A DNA stretch of 63,508 nucleotides, filler included, from Octopus bimaculoides (Eukaryota), in NCBI RefSeq assembly GCF_001194135.2. It is 5 parts of 5 records of this genome, joined end to end, with 100 filler letters (N's around TTAATTAATTAA, not from the genome) between each part and the next. Parts side by side here need not be neighbours in the genome. Positions count along the whole stretch, not along the records: positions 1 to 18,270 come from NC_068985.1; 4 more parts are not named here. One strand, given 5' to 3'. Below are positions 1-12,658 of the stretch, one piece after another. The notes below the pieces were generated by a model. The model had not been told where the DNA came from, did no database searches, and saw only the letters and a program-made list of their open reading frames with translations. Made by a program: the position numbers and the translations under genes. Numbering within the stretch: the first letter of the stretch is position 1; each line of letters opens with the position of its first letter.

Positions 1-100
1 GCTGTCTTCAGGCCTTCAGAGTAATTTCCAGGCAGCTGAACCCTAAAAAGGAATAAAGATGGATTCCATTCTATATCACCCTTTCTTCAATATTTATGGC

Positions 101-205
101 CTTCTTCTTCTTCTTCTTCTTCTTCTTCTTCTTCTTCTTCTTCTTCTTCTTCTTCTTCTTCTTCTTCTTCTTCTTCTTCTTCTCCTCCTCCTCATTGCTG
201 CTGTT

Positions 206-237
<32 letters not shown>
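101..237. repeat. (CTT)n microsatellite grading into (CAT)n
   Basis: Read directly; explains the poly-L/R/F/S ORFs at 59-344. Confidence 0.95.
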
Positions 238-1479
238 TCCTAGAATATTTAGAAGAGTCGTCTGGTGATATCTCTTCCGGATCATTTCTTTCCGAAGTGA
301 AATCCCGCCGAGGTCAATTTTGCTTTTCATTCCATCAGAACTGATAAAAAAATAAAGTTCCAGTGGAATATCTGGTTTGATGGTATCGACAAACGCTCTC
401 TCCTTAAAACTTCAGCCTTTGTACCTAAAGCAGTAACTATCATCATCGTCAACGTCATCATCACCTTTATCATCATCATTATCCTCATCGTCGTCGTCAT
501 CCTCGTCGACAGCAGCAGCAGCAGTAGCAGCAGTCGTAGTGGTAGTAATTGTTGTTGTTGTACCTCAACAAAAGAATGTAAATGAGTCGTCGAGCTCTGA
601 TCAAAAGACAGTCTATGATCTACACACGGCCCTCAAGGTCCAGAAGGTCTGACGGATGAACTTCTTTGAAATAATAGATAAAACGTAGGGAAATTGTCGC
701 TTAGGAAATGCATGACATAGAATAAATATTGATTACCGTTATTGGAAGATTTCAATAGGGAATCATGGAACCATTTGCATCAAACGTATACTTGGCAGAT
801 ATTTTAGTTTATCGACGGATGAAGAAAGTTGATCACACCGGGATTTGAACTCACAATGTAAGACGATAGAACCACATAGCGCTGAGTATATCTTTCCTGA
901 ATGCTATCGGTTTTGCTTATCCACCGTGCACCCACGCCCTGCAAAATTATTGTTAGTTAGCTGTCTAAGATAACAAACATCAGTCAGGAGAGTAAAACTT
1001 TATACCAAACAGAAAAACCGATAATTCTATACTATATATCTTCCAAGTTTAACAGATATGTAGTTATTTAAGAGTACTGTGATAGTGTAATGCACATATA
1101 TAGACATCTTGCGGAGGCTGTGCGTAGATTTCAGGGTGAGAACATTTCAAGGTTAAGTGAAAATCAAAGAAACAAGACACGAGTTTGTAAAAAGAATTGT
1201 TACATATCGAGTTTCAACTACCCGAGTGAGTTAAACATCTAAGCCTCCTACATATGTTACTTACTTTGTAACATATGTACAATATGGGAGTCCACACATT
1301 AATATACAATAAAAGTAATGTATATTTAAGGAGAGGTGATTGACAATAGGTTTAATCGCATAATGATGTGTGAATAAATGCATACATACATGTATCTATA
1401 TACGTGTGTGCGTGTGCGTATGTACGTGTGTCTATAAAAACATTTTCGTATGCTTACATATTTTCACGTATATATACAT

Positions 1480-1540
<61 letters not shown>

Positions 1541-2245
1541 TGTAATATGTATATATATATATATATTATAAATATGTGTACGTGTGTGTGTGTGTGTGTG
1601 AGGGGAAGAGGAGGTTAAATAATTCTTGACTGTTCTCGTGTTTCATCCTTAAAATTCATGAAGTTCATTTATTTTCAATTCAATATTTCTTTAGTTTACA
1701 GCAGCAACTAAGTTCAACTAGAAATACTTGGTCTTATTTTCCAAATATAGCAGTAGAATGCGTTTTATTAATTGCCATATTTTATTGTGAGCAGCAAGTG
1801 CTGTCGCTGAGTTTCAATTGTTTTCACTACTAAGTTCAAGTCAATTATAACACTTTGTAACTATTGACTCTTTACGTGAGTGAACTAACTCTGTATGTTA
1901 ATTTACTAATTGTATTCACTAATTAATAAAGTATGTTTTGCTAACCTGATTATATTAGCGTCGATCACTCAGATACATCTAATACAGCATGGTCGACAGA
2001 AAGGCCCTTATAGAAGGAAATTACATATATACAAAGGTTATTTCACAGGTGATCTAAACGATAGGTACGCTAGGCAAGTGCTGTAACGGATTACTGAGGC
2101 TACAAGGTTATAGCCGAGACGGTAGTTATGGAGCCATTGCAGATTTCCGATGCTACGGATATATAATTGTTAAACTTGACGTCAAACATTAAGGCAAGGC
2201 AAATATATCAAGTCACATAAATATTATTATAGGAAGAAATTCAAA

Positions 2246-2301
2246 ATCTTACAGCTGTTTCTGGAATATTCCTGAGTATGGGATATTCCGTCATCAGAGA
2301 C
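2246..2301 (-). ncRNA. Minimal type-I hammerhead ribozyme motif (HHR1)
   Basis: Minus strand: GTCT CTGATGA C-GGAATAT-CCCATACTCAGGA-ATATTCC-A GAAAC AGCT GTA AGAT. Helix I GTCT/AGAT, helix III palindrome ACAGCTGT, C-A mismatch at the base of helix II. Predicted cleavage between 2250 and 2249. Confidence 0.75.
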
Positions 2302-2456
2302 AAATAGGGGAAAACATATAGAAAATGAGAATAGTATATACCAATGAGATGATAGCATGTGTTGTTCCCTTCCATATCCTTATTCTGTTACTCCCTTCCT
2401 CTATGTCATCTTATTGATACATACCGTTCTCATTTTCTATATTTTTCCCACTATTT

Positions 2457-2512
2457 GACTCTGATGATGGAATATCCCATACTCGGGAATATCCCAGAAA
2501 CAGTTGTAAGAT
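2457..2512 (+). ncRNA. Minimal type-I hammerhead ribozyme motif (HHR2), inverted sister of HHR1
   Basis: GACT CTGATGA TGGAATATCCC ATACTC GGGAATATCCCA GAAAC AGTT GTA AGAT. Helix II closes U-A; helix I has one mismatch; the loop is AGTT rather than AGCT. Confidence 0.65.
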
Positions 2513-2588
2513 TTTGAAATTCTTCCTATAATAATATTGCATGACTTGAGATATTTGCCTTGCCTTAATGTTTGACGTCCTCTTTAAC

Positions 2589-2631
<43 letters not shown>

Positions 2632-2954
2632 NNNNNNNNNNNNNNNNNNNNNNNNNNNNNNNNNNNNNNNNNNNNNNNNNNNNNNNNNNNNNNNNNNNNN
2701 NNNNNNNNNNAGAATAGGTGCTACGGTATTTCTTCCGGATTTACGTTCCGAGTTCAAATCCTGCCAATATCAATTCTGTCCTTCAGCAATGCGTGGTCGA
2801 GAAAATAAAATATCATAGACGTAAAAAGTTGAGTGAGATTTTTTTTTTAAATATTTCATTATAACTGATGTCTTGAAGAAAAAGGTATTCTATCCTGTTA
2901 CTGATAGTTTTACCTCTCCGTGAAACCTTCCTCTACTATGTTGCATTAAAGTAC

Positions 2955-3207
2955 CTGGTTTATTCGTTTGTACTTCAACCATATCAGCTGACTATTAGCA
3001 ACAATCTGATAGAGTGCTCCATCCAAAACATAGATGTACCCACACAAATACTTTAAACCTTGTCGCAGGTAATTCTCATAAATCTTAGTCAAAAGAACAT
3101 GACGAATTGCCCGCCTTCTTGACAAAGTCGCCAAAGGTGACTCACGAGGTGAATCACGAGTCGCCTTCAAACGAAATGTTGCCTTCCAATCAACAAACCT
3201 GTCGAAC
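2955..3207 (-). CDS. Candidate internal coding exon of an unidentified gene (253 nt, phase 2 to phase 0)
   Basis: Pyrimidine-rich acceptor (ttttcttcttccctgattcaaaatttctgcttcaaaag|), donor CAG|gtactt, and an open frame across the whole exon: FDRFVDWKATFRLKATRDSPRESPLATLSRRRAIRHVLLTKIYENYLRQGLKYLCGYIYVLDGALYQIVANSQLIWLKYKRINQ. No homology recognised. Confidence 0.4.
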
Positions 3208-3615
3208 CTTTTGAAGCAGAAATTTTGAATCAGGGAAGAAGAAAAATGTTCATGATCGTAAACGATAATTTCTTGGGAAGTCCGACGAGTATTATCTAGA
3301 ACTCAATATGTGTGAGAATGTGTGTGGGTTTGTGTGTGGGTGGGCGTGTGTATGTGTGTGAGTGCGTGCGCTCGTGTGAAGACAGATAAAGCAAAGAATA
3401 TACAAGAATGAGTGAAAATTCATGATAATTTACTAATAGTATTATATATCATCCATGTTATATTATATTCGATATAAAAGAAAATAGTCCTAAACGTCCA
3501 GAACCACAGTCTCCAACTTTTACATTCAGGGAAAGTTAGCATACTTGTAGTAATAAAAACAAAACTTATATAACCCACAAGAACCAAAGTTTGTCTGTTG
3601 TAAATACATCCATAC

Positions 3616-3780
3616 CTTAATTCATTAAGTTGTAAAGCCGAATATAGAATATATATAAAAATATACAAAGTACAGTCAACAGAATCATTTATAAAAATTC
3701 GAGTTGATGACTTGTAACAGCTATGTCCAAGATGAATTTTACACTCCTCAAATATTGACATGACATGGGGATAACCCATT
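3616..3780 (-). CDS. Possible upstream exon of the same unidentified gene (165 nt, phase 2 to phase 2)
   Basis: Acceptor cttacattag|, donor AAG|gtatgg, within the 119-codon ORF 3420-3779; phase-compatible with 2955-3207. Other splice choices exist. Confidence 0.2.
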
Positions 3781-4019
3781 CTAATGTAAGTGAGTAGTAC
3801 TTAAGCTTTCCCAATCATCTAGAATTAAAAACACTACACTCCGCAAAATTCAATTCTCCGCTCAATGATTAAGATATTCCAGTTATAATGCATATGGGAC
3901 ATCGATGCTTTGCAATAATGTATACTTATCGCATGTAAGCATAGGGAGATGAAATTCCACAGTAGATTATATATTCTGTAAATAGACATTGTTTCATTCT
4001 TCCACCAAAATATAACTAA

Positions 4020-4328
4020 AAGTTGCTGTTTGTTCCTTCTCGAGCCTTTCCTGGATCGCAAGGGTTGGTTTCCCGGTTTCATTGGCGTATAGGTTATCCA
4101 CCTGGACGGGACGCCGGTCTATCACAGGTGAGCTGCTAGACGCAGGAGGAAAGAGTGAGGGAAAGTTGTGACGAAGGAGTCAGCACAAGTTCGTCATTAC
4201 CTTCTGCCGGCGCCGCATGGAACTTAGGTGTTTTGTTCATAAACACACATCGCACGAGCTGAGATTCGAAACCCCGATCTCTCAACCGCGAATCCGCTGC
4301 TCTAACCACTAGTCAATGTGCCTCCACA
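4020..4328 (-). mobile_element. tRNA-derived SINE (same head as the 12272 copy, different 3' half)
   Basis: Minus-strand head gtggaggcacattgactagtggttagagcagcggattcgcgg...gtttcgaatctc with A/B boxes; short (CAA)-like tail. Confidence 0.8.
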
Positions 4329-5151
4329 TAACCAAAGGTACCTTTCCTAAATATTCTAAATGTTTCCTAAATGTCTGACACTGACTTAGAAGTAATTGGT
4401 AACTGTAACACAAAATCAGTTATTTTATTAGACATAAAATTTCAGAGAAAAATGACAGAATCCTACCTGACGTTAAAAAAATTCATCAATATCGCATATT
4501 GTGTTCTTAGAAGCTGATCCTTCGTCTAGTGCAAATGACCAAATGTCGTTCAACACAATAGAAAACTGCAGGCGTCATGCGAGCATGTAGCAGATGATAC
4601 ATTTTTAATAATTTCTTTAGTAGTTGCGAATAATTATAACCATCTTTTAAGCCATTCCATGCTTATCTTGAGAAAAATCTACAGGTCATTACTAGCAGAG
4701 AGAAAGAGAGAGAGAGAGTGGGGGAGTGAGTGAAAGAGAGAGAGGGTGGGAGAGTTAGAAAGAGACACAGAAAGACAGACAAACAGACAGACGGTCAGAA
4801 AAAGAGAAAGCTTGACAGAAAGAAAGAGAATGTGAAAGAATGAAAGGCTTTGTAACTTAACAGTTAAACATTTCATTAAAAGCCAGAGCCACTTAACTAG
4901 TAACAGCTTAGTTATGGGCTCAGTTTAATCAAATAAAAGCCCCGGTCAAAATATTTCGATTTCTACTAATGCCGAGAAACCATTATATTTATATTTATAA
5001 TTAATGACAACTAAATTTAGCACATGGATAGTAGGTTTAGGGCAAGGTGCAGACGATATAAGCGACGCCATTTTTTTTTTCGTCTGGAATAGGTTTTATC
5101 TTCAACAGAAAGATAATAATGAGTCACAGTAGTTCCAGTAACAGCTTCGAC

Positions 5152-5187
<36 letters not shown>

Positions 5188-6673
5188 NNNNNNNNNNNNN
5201 NNNNNNNNNNNNNNNNNNNNNNNNNNNNNNNNNNNNNNNNNNNNNNNNNNNNNNNNNNNNNNNNNNNNNNNNNNNNNNNNNNNNNNNNNNNNNNNNNNNN
5301 NNNNNNNNNNNNNNNNNNNNNNNNNNNNNNNNNNNNNNNNNNNNNNNNNNNNNNNNNNNNNNNNNNNNNNNNNNNNNNNNNNNNNNNNNNNNNNNNNNNN
5401 NNNNNNNNNNNNNNNNNNNNNNNNNNNNNNNNNNNNNNNNNNTATATACACATACATGCATGTGTGTGTTTGTGCGTGTGTAGATGCGAGTATGTATGTA
5501 TTGATAGCGATATTGATATTTTAAACGCTATATCCATTACACTAATGTAACTTGACGGTTATTATTTTACATCCGCTACTAGGTCTTCCTCATTTATTAT
5601 ATAGATATACATTATGGAAAATAGATAGCTTCCTTTACGGAAACAGTTCTGGGAAAACAAAAGCTCCTTCACCATACATTTACAAATACGCTCACACACA
5701 CAGAAACGCATAAAAATATATTCGCGTTTACATATGCACGAAAATATACAAACTATACCATATACATAATCGCAGTAAAACATTTATACATATGAATGTA
5801 CACGCACGTACACACACATGCACATACATTTATACACACTCACATACATTCACACACAAACACAAGCACACATACAGACGTTGAAACGTACATACACATG
5901 CATGGCATTCTTTTGCAATTTAAGAAATCTATCAAACAATTCCAACCAAAGTAAATTCGCAGAGATTCTTTTCCCTAAGGGAATAGTTGATTCATTGTTT
6001 CCTTTTACCGAACGGCTCATTCGTCCTATATGCCCGCAGTATATATGCATTTATACATGCATATATATACATATATAAACNNNNNNNNNNNNNNNNNNNN
6101 NNNNNNNNNNNNNNNNNNNNNNNNNNNNNNNNNNNNNNNNNNNNNNNNNNNNNNNNNNNNNNNNNNNNNNNNNNNNNNNNNNNNNNNNNNNNNNNNNNNN
6201 NNNNNNNNNNNNNNNNNNNNNNNNNNNNNNNNNNNNNNNNNNNNNNNNNNNNNNNNNNNNNNNNNNNNNNNNNNNNNNNNNNNNNNNNNNNNNNNNNNNN
6301 NNNNNNNNNNNNNNNNNNNNNNNNNNNNNNNNNNNNNNNNNNNNNNNNNNNNNNNNNNNNNNNNNNNNNNNNNNNNNNNNNNNNNNNNNNNNNNNNNNNN
6401 NNNNNNNNNNNNNNNNNNNNNNNNNNNNNNNNNNNNNNNNNNNNNNNNNNNNNNNNNNNNNNNNNNNNNNNNNNNNNNNNNNNNNNNNNNNNNNNNNNNN
6501 NNNNNNNNNNNNNNNNNNNNNNNNNNNNNNNNNNNNNNNNNNNNNNNNNNNNNNNNNNNNNNNNNNNNNNNNNNNNNNNNNNNNNNNNNNNNNNNNNNNN
6601 NNNNNNNNNNNNNNNNNNNNNNNNNNNNNNNNNNNNNNNNNNNNNNNNNNNNNNNNNNNNNNNNNNNNNNNNN

Positions 6674-6736
<63 letters not shown>

Positions 6737-6859
6737 CACATACATACATATACATATATGTATATATATGTATGTATGGTATGTATGTATGTACGTATGA
6801 GTATGTATGCATATATACATATATATATGTATATATATATATCTTTATCTATATCTATA

Positions 6860-6906
<47 letters not shown>

Positions 6907-7460
6907 ATCTGTCTGTCTGTCTGTCTGTCTCTCTCTATATATATAACCTGACTCACATTGCCATGGATTTGTATATGGAAAATTCTGAATATGTTCATGT
7001 GGTTGCTTTTGAACGAACTTATATATGTTTTTTTCCCTCTTTAAATATAAATGTATTTATATATGTACATTCGTCTATAAGTCTTACATGAAAGAATATT
7101 CCTGTATTTCTTGGGAAAAAGTTGGGGAAGTGTACGCAATAATGGATCTCCGTCGTCTAGCTATTCGATCAACTGAATAAACGTGTGCCTGAGCATTCCA
7201 CACACACACACACACCTGTATCCTTAACTTAATTTTCTGAAAGAATCACTGTGACGGTCTCTGACAAGCTGTACCTAATGAAGTAGTTGGGCCATCCACC
7301 TGCGTCCGTTCAATTTCATTCTTAAGATACAGGTCGATCTCAGGCTAGAGGAAATGACAATTTGTACAGTCTTTTGTAGAGAGATGATAACCTGGAGCAG
7401 TAGGTGCAACGTGAACTTCTTAAACATTCGGCAATATTCCGCTAATAAACATATATAAGT

Positions 7461-7657
7461 AATCCTTTCTACTATAAAACCAAGACCTGAAATTTTTGGG
7501 GAGAAGGCTAGTTGATTTCACCGATCATATCGCGCAACTGGTTCTTATTTCATCGACGCCGATGGATGAAATATAAAGCTGAACTCAGCTGGATTTGGAC
7601 TAAATTCCGCTAAGCAGTTTATCCAGGGTGCTAACGAGTCTGCTAGCTCGCTGTCTT
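7461..7657 (-). mobile_element. tRNA-derived SINE, family with a gcctttcatcc...gataaa.taagtaccag core
   Basis: Diverged match to the copies at 29031 and 57455. Confidence 0.7.
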
Positions 7658-7689
7658 AGTAAGTATACGTAAACAATGCCGCATTGGGA

Positions 7690-8160
7690 TTCTCTGTTTA
7701 CTCTTAGAAACTCATAAGAAAGTTCCTTCATAATTATCTACGTAGGAGGTCAAATCTACTCTGGCTTACTCCACGTATTCTTCTGTACATATTAACCCTC
7801 TACCACTTTCATTTCTTGGTAAATATAATGTCACTGCTCCTGCTCATTAATAGTGAATTCCCTAGTTCTTCTGTCTAGATTTGCTTGTTCAGATTTTGTC
7901 CATTCTACAAAAGCTGATTTAGGAATAACACACATGCACCCATATCGCAACTATTCCTCTTACAAAAGTAAGAAAGTCTGGTTTATACGTTCTTACCTTA
8001 TGTACGCACACTTTTACTCCTTTATTTCTTCCAATCATTGCATTGCGAACTTGCTGGAGCAGGACACAGTACTGATGAGTTTACTCCAACAAATCAATCC
8101 TAGTATTTGCGTTAACTCACTGGTCACTTTTCTGCATTCTACTTTTGCCGAACCACTAAT
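7690..8160 (-). mobile_element. R4/Dong-like non-LTR retrotransposon, degraded RT C-terminal fragment
   Basis: Minus translation VEWTKSEQANLDRRTREF...LYLPRNESGRGL resembles WT..EL..LDRKTRK...LYLPR..GGRGL. Confidence 0.7.
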
Positions 8161-8299
8161 GTAAGATAATATAAAAGAAAAAAAACTATATATANNNNNN
8201 NNNNNNNNNNNNNNNNNNNNNNNNNNNNNNNNNNNNTATATATGTATATATCATGTACTGATCCGTGATAGAAAATTCAACAAAAACGTACACCATTTG

Positions 8300-9715
8300 G
8301 TAAGAGATAAATATTATTTATTTAAAGGTCACAATACATGTATTAAAGCGCTACTAATAGTTTCATATATTGAGAAAACACAAGCATATTCGTCAGGCGC
8401 AAACTATATATAATAACGAACTAAAGAAATTGAATAGTAGAAGAAACACGAAAAAAATGGGAAGGCCATTTATAGAAAACGTAGACAGTAAACAACGGAA
8501 AAACGGAAAACCAAAAGCCTAAGCTAAAATGTAAAAAATAAAAATTAAAAGGGTAAAAGAGCTATCCTCCTTAGACCTTAAAGTATAAGGCTGGAAAGAT
8601 ATTAAGTCAGTCAGGAATAGGCGGAATTTTCCAATTTTTCAAAATATATTCATACGTATGCATGCAACCACTGAACATTTCTGATCTGGAATCATTAGAC
8701 AGTAAATGATTTAAGATCTGAACAGGATCTGCGCTCTTTCAGCCAAACAAAGTCTACATTTATTCGATCCATTTACGTATTGGTTTCTCAATTACTTTCC
8801 ATTTAATTATATGCGGTGTTTCGCTATCTTTCAACGTCCATACGTAGCTAGCCAACTTAGTAGCTTTACTTTTATCCCTATGTCGGAAGGAGGCTATGTG
8901 ATTAGCATAGCGATTTTAAAATTCACCTTCACATAATCAAATATAGGTGTTCTTATCAGTTGTATCAATATTTAGAGCTGCAGTAACTTCTGCCTCATAT
9001 ATGATAGATTTAGTCATACATCGTTGGTCAGTGCACAGGATCCTGCTTCGTGACAGTTTCAAATGGATTAAGGCACATGGTATAATGACCACTTGTAATG
9101 ATACTCCTCATATTGAGGTAACAGCTTTATGATAATTTCACAGAACGCCTATTAAATATTTTCCTGTATCTGAATGGTTGGAAAATGTTTGTCTAGGAGA
9201 GACAGAAATCTTTTACTGACGTTAGTTTTATAATAAGGAAAAAAGGGAGAGACGAACCAAATAAATTTCCTCGGTCTATTTTTAGGTTTCTTATTATCCT
9301 GATTAATAGTAGAGTGGTTATGTACTACTTTATCTTTGATACTACTAGATCTATCATTAATATTTTAATTATTAGTATTAGAGGAATTCTATATTAATTA
9401 ATCTTTGAAGCCACTATTGGCTAGGGCCTTGTTATGATAGTGGGGAACTTTCTCGAAAATTTCTTTGGAAGAAGAGATGTTAGACACTCTGTTTCTAATA
9501 TTAGCTTTCAGGTTTTTAAATATTACAGGAGGGTGACAAGATTGTTTATGTATATATGCGAGCTTCTCATTAGGCTTATGGAAAGGTTTATACGAGGAGG
9601 CGTTTAATCTAGGAAAACATCTAAATAATCAACTATAGAGAGATTAATAGCTACTGTAGTTTTAATTCCTAATTGACTACAGGTAGAAATTAGTTGCTTT
9701 CTAAATCTATTAAGG
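8300..9715 (-). mobile_element. Penelope-like retroelement, 5'-truncated: RT C-terminus, GIY-YIG endonuclease and 3' pLTR
   Basis: Minus translation fragments [62 protein letters not shown]...RYANHIASFRH...KLASYVWTLK, CRLCLAE; contains stops and frameshifts. Confidence 0.9.
8348..8400 (-). ncRNA. Minimal type-I hammerhead ribozyme motif (HHR3) in the Penelope 3' pLTR
   Basis: GCGC CTGACGA ATATG CTTGTGTTTTCTCAA TATAT GAAAC TATTA GTA GCGC. Helix I is 4 G-C pairs, helix II 5 bp, helix III ACTA-T-TAGT. Same strand as the element and about 250-300 nt 3' of GIY-YIG. Predicted cleavage between 8352 and 8351. Confidence 0.85.
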
Positions 9716-9722
9716 GTGTATA

Positions 9723-9786
<64 letters not shown>

Positions 9787-11191
9787 CATATATATATATA
9801 TATATATATATANNNNNNNNNNNNNNNNNNNNNNNNNNNNNNNNNNNNNNNNNNNNNNNNNNNNNNNNNNNNNNNNNNNNNNNNNNNNNNNNNNNNNNNN
9901 NNNNNNNNNNNNNNNNNNNNNNNNNNNNNNNNNNNNNNNNNNNNNNNNNNNNNNNNNNNNNNNNNNNNNNNNNNNNNNNNNNNNNNNNNNNNNNNNNNNN
10001 NNNNNNNNNNNNNNNNNNNNNNNNNNNNNNNNNNNNNNNNNNNNNNNNNNNNNNNNNNNNNNNNNNNNNNNNNNNNNNNNNNNNNNNNNNNNNNNNNNNN
10101 NNNNNNNNNNNNNNNNNNNNNNNNNNNNNNNNNNNNNNNNNNNNNNNNNNNNNNNNNNNNNNNNNNNNNNNNNNNNNNNNNNNNNNNNNNNNNNNNNNNN
10201 NNNNNNNNNNNNNNNNNNNNNNNNNNNNNNNNNNNNNNNNNNNNNNNNNNNNNNNNNNNNNNNNNNNNNNNNNNNNNNNNNNNNNNNNNNNNNNNNNNNN
10301 NNNNNNNNNNNNNNNNNNNNNNNNNNNNNNNNNNNNNNNNNNNNNNNNNNNNNNNNNNNNNNNNNNNNNNNNNNNNNNNNNNNNNNNNNNNNNNNNNNNN
10401 NNNNNNNNNNNNNNNNNNNNNNNNNNNNNNNNNNNNNNNNNNNNNNNNNNNNNNNNNNNNNNNNNNNNNNNNNNNNNNNNNNNNNNNNNNNNNNNNNNNN
10501 NNNNATATATATATATATATACATAATACACGCGCGCGCATGTACAGACACACATCGCTCATGTATGTATACTTTTTGTTGCTGCACTTTATCTCATAGA
10601 CTTACTTGGTCGACTACACTAATAATCAAATAGGTATGAAGCGAATCCCTCACAACAATAACCAAATAAGCTCAATACTTACCCTATTTCTTTCTAGAAA
10701 TCATTCCCATTTTAGCTTTTTTCATATCAAACTTCACCCATTTTGTAAAATCGCTTTAGTTACATCACTAACTAATGATATAAATTTGCTTTGCAAACTC
10801 AACCAAACAGCGTCTGGAAGGAAATTCATTGGTACTCTATACGCATTATTTGCTAAATTTTATGTTCTGTTTTTATAATCATCTGAAGACTGGCATCAAG
10901 AAACTCCGGCCAACAATTTCGCAATTTTTCCATTACAATGGATTATACAATACAAAGAGAAATCAATTAACAAAAAGAATAGAAAGAACGAATTACGAAG
11001 AATGTGATATTAGCATAACGCTTAGTATGATTACTTGATATTAATATGGATTACATTGACATTTCGGAATTTAGTTCATTCTCAAAAGCAGAAACAGATT
11101 ATATAATGGAGAGAGAGAAAGCGAAAGCGACAGACAGACAGACAGAGAAAGAGAGAGATGGAGAGAGAGATGGAGAGAGAGAAGGAGAAGC

Positions 11192-11258
<67 letters not shown>

Positions 11259-11800
11259 GAAGACAATGTGAACGCATAGAAATGTTTCAAATATTAATTG
11301 AGAGAAGGACACAGAGGGAAGATGAAATGTCAAAAGGCAAGACAAATGCTGTTCTGCGTGTGTGTATAAATGTATGCATGTATAATGTGGAAGAAAGTAA
11401 TAATATATAAAGGAGGGGTCGCTGGGAGCCTTATGTGTAATTATTTGCTTTTCGTGAACATTTTTTTCTATGTTCATGAAAGACAAATGACCACACCCTC
11501 CGGCTGAAACCGATAATAGAATAATAATATAAAATGTATGTTGAAAAGACTCTAGTAAGTAATTTAAAAAGCTGTTTGTAATTGTGTTTCACACCGAAAG
11601 CTAACAGCTAATAGATGATATATACTGCGAGAACCAACGAGTTGGCGTCTACGTGGTTGTTCAACCTACTTGAAATAGCAGCCCGATATCCGTCAGGTTT
11701 CCTTTCGCTCTATTTAGACAGCAACTTATAAACTGAACTGATTAATGTGAAAAATGTCTTGTCGAAAACATGAAATAGTTATGGTTGATTCCAAACAAAG

Positions 11801-11809
11801 CATCATCAT

Positions 11810-11846
<37 letters not shown>

Positions 11847-11995
11847 GTCGTCGTCGTCATCATCGTCATCATCATCATCATCATCATCATTCATCATCAT
11901 CATCACCATCATCATCAGCAGCAGCAGCAACAACAAAAACAGCAACAACAAAAACAGCAACAACAAAAACAGCAACAACAAAAACAACAACACCA
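11801..11995. repeat. Compound triplet microsatellite (CAT)/(CGT)/(CAG)/(CAA)
   Basis: Read directly; source of the poly-I/H/Q/D ORFs. Confidence 0.95.
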
Positions 11996-12271
11996 ATAAT
12001 GAACTGATTCAGTAATTTCTACGCAGTCGCCTGACTTGCTAGAAATAGCTGTCACATTTCCTTAAAATCATGCTCTATTGTTTCATTTAAGGAGTGATAT
12101 ATTACGTAATGCATCAACTGATATACAAAAGTAAGGCTGGTGGAGGATGTAAATCTTTTAATTGTAATCGATCAAAACTGACCTTGGAATAATCAACATA
12201 TACTGCAGCATCAAAAGAACGACAAATACTAATACAACCCAACTGTACATTTTGTGGTTCATTAATAAAGG

Positions 12272-12658
12272 GAAGGTGGCGCAATGGCCCAGTGGTTAGG
12301 GCAGCGGACTCGCGGTCATAGGATCGGGGTTTCGATTCCCAAACCGAGGGTTTTGTGAGTTTATTGAACCAAAACACCTAAAGCTCCACGAGGCTCTGGC
12401 AGGGGATGGTGGAGAACCCTGCTGTACTCTTTCACCAAAAACTTTCTCTCACTCTTACTTCCTGTTTCTGCTGTGCCTGTAATTCAAAGGGTCAGCCTTG
12501 TCACACTGTGTCACGCTGAATATCCCCGAGAACTACGTTAAAGGTACACGTGTCTGTGGAGTGCTCAGCCACTTGCACGTTAATTTCACGAGCAGGTTGT
12601 TCCGTTGATCGGATCAACTGGAACCCTCGACGTCGTAGGCTACGGAGTGCCAACAACA
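12272..12658 (+). mobile_element. tRNA-derived SINE, near full length
   Basis: Head ggcgcaatggcccagtggttagggcagcggactcgcggtcataggatcggggtttcgattccc (A box, B box), unique body, (CAA)/(AAT) tail. Confidence 0.85.

Larger units (their letters stand above)
2178..2579. repeat. Long inverted repeat: about 180-bp arms (2178-2355, 2401-2579) with about 45-bp spacer; Penelope pLTR-like
   Basis: The left arm start gacgtcaaacattaaggcaaggcaaatat is the reverse complement of the right arm end atatttgccttgccttaatgtttgacgtc. Pairing continues with scattered mismatches. Each arm contains a hammerhead motif. Confidence 0.9.

Noticed and set aside
1200-1250. Minus-strand GAAAC...GTA with an aact/agtt stem
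   Set aside because: No recognisable CUGAnGA core.
10878-10915. CTGAAGA...GAAAC hammerhead-like spacing
   Set aside because: Helix II does not pair and GCC replaces the GUH triplet.
12272-12345. tRNA-like sequence (also 4255-4328)
   Set aside because: These are SINE heads: A/B boxes are present but the acceptor stem does not close and the sequence continues into a SINE body.
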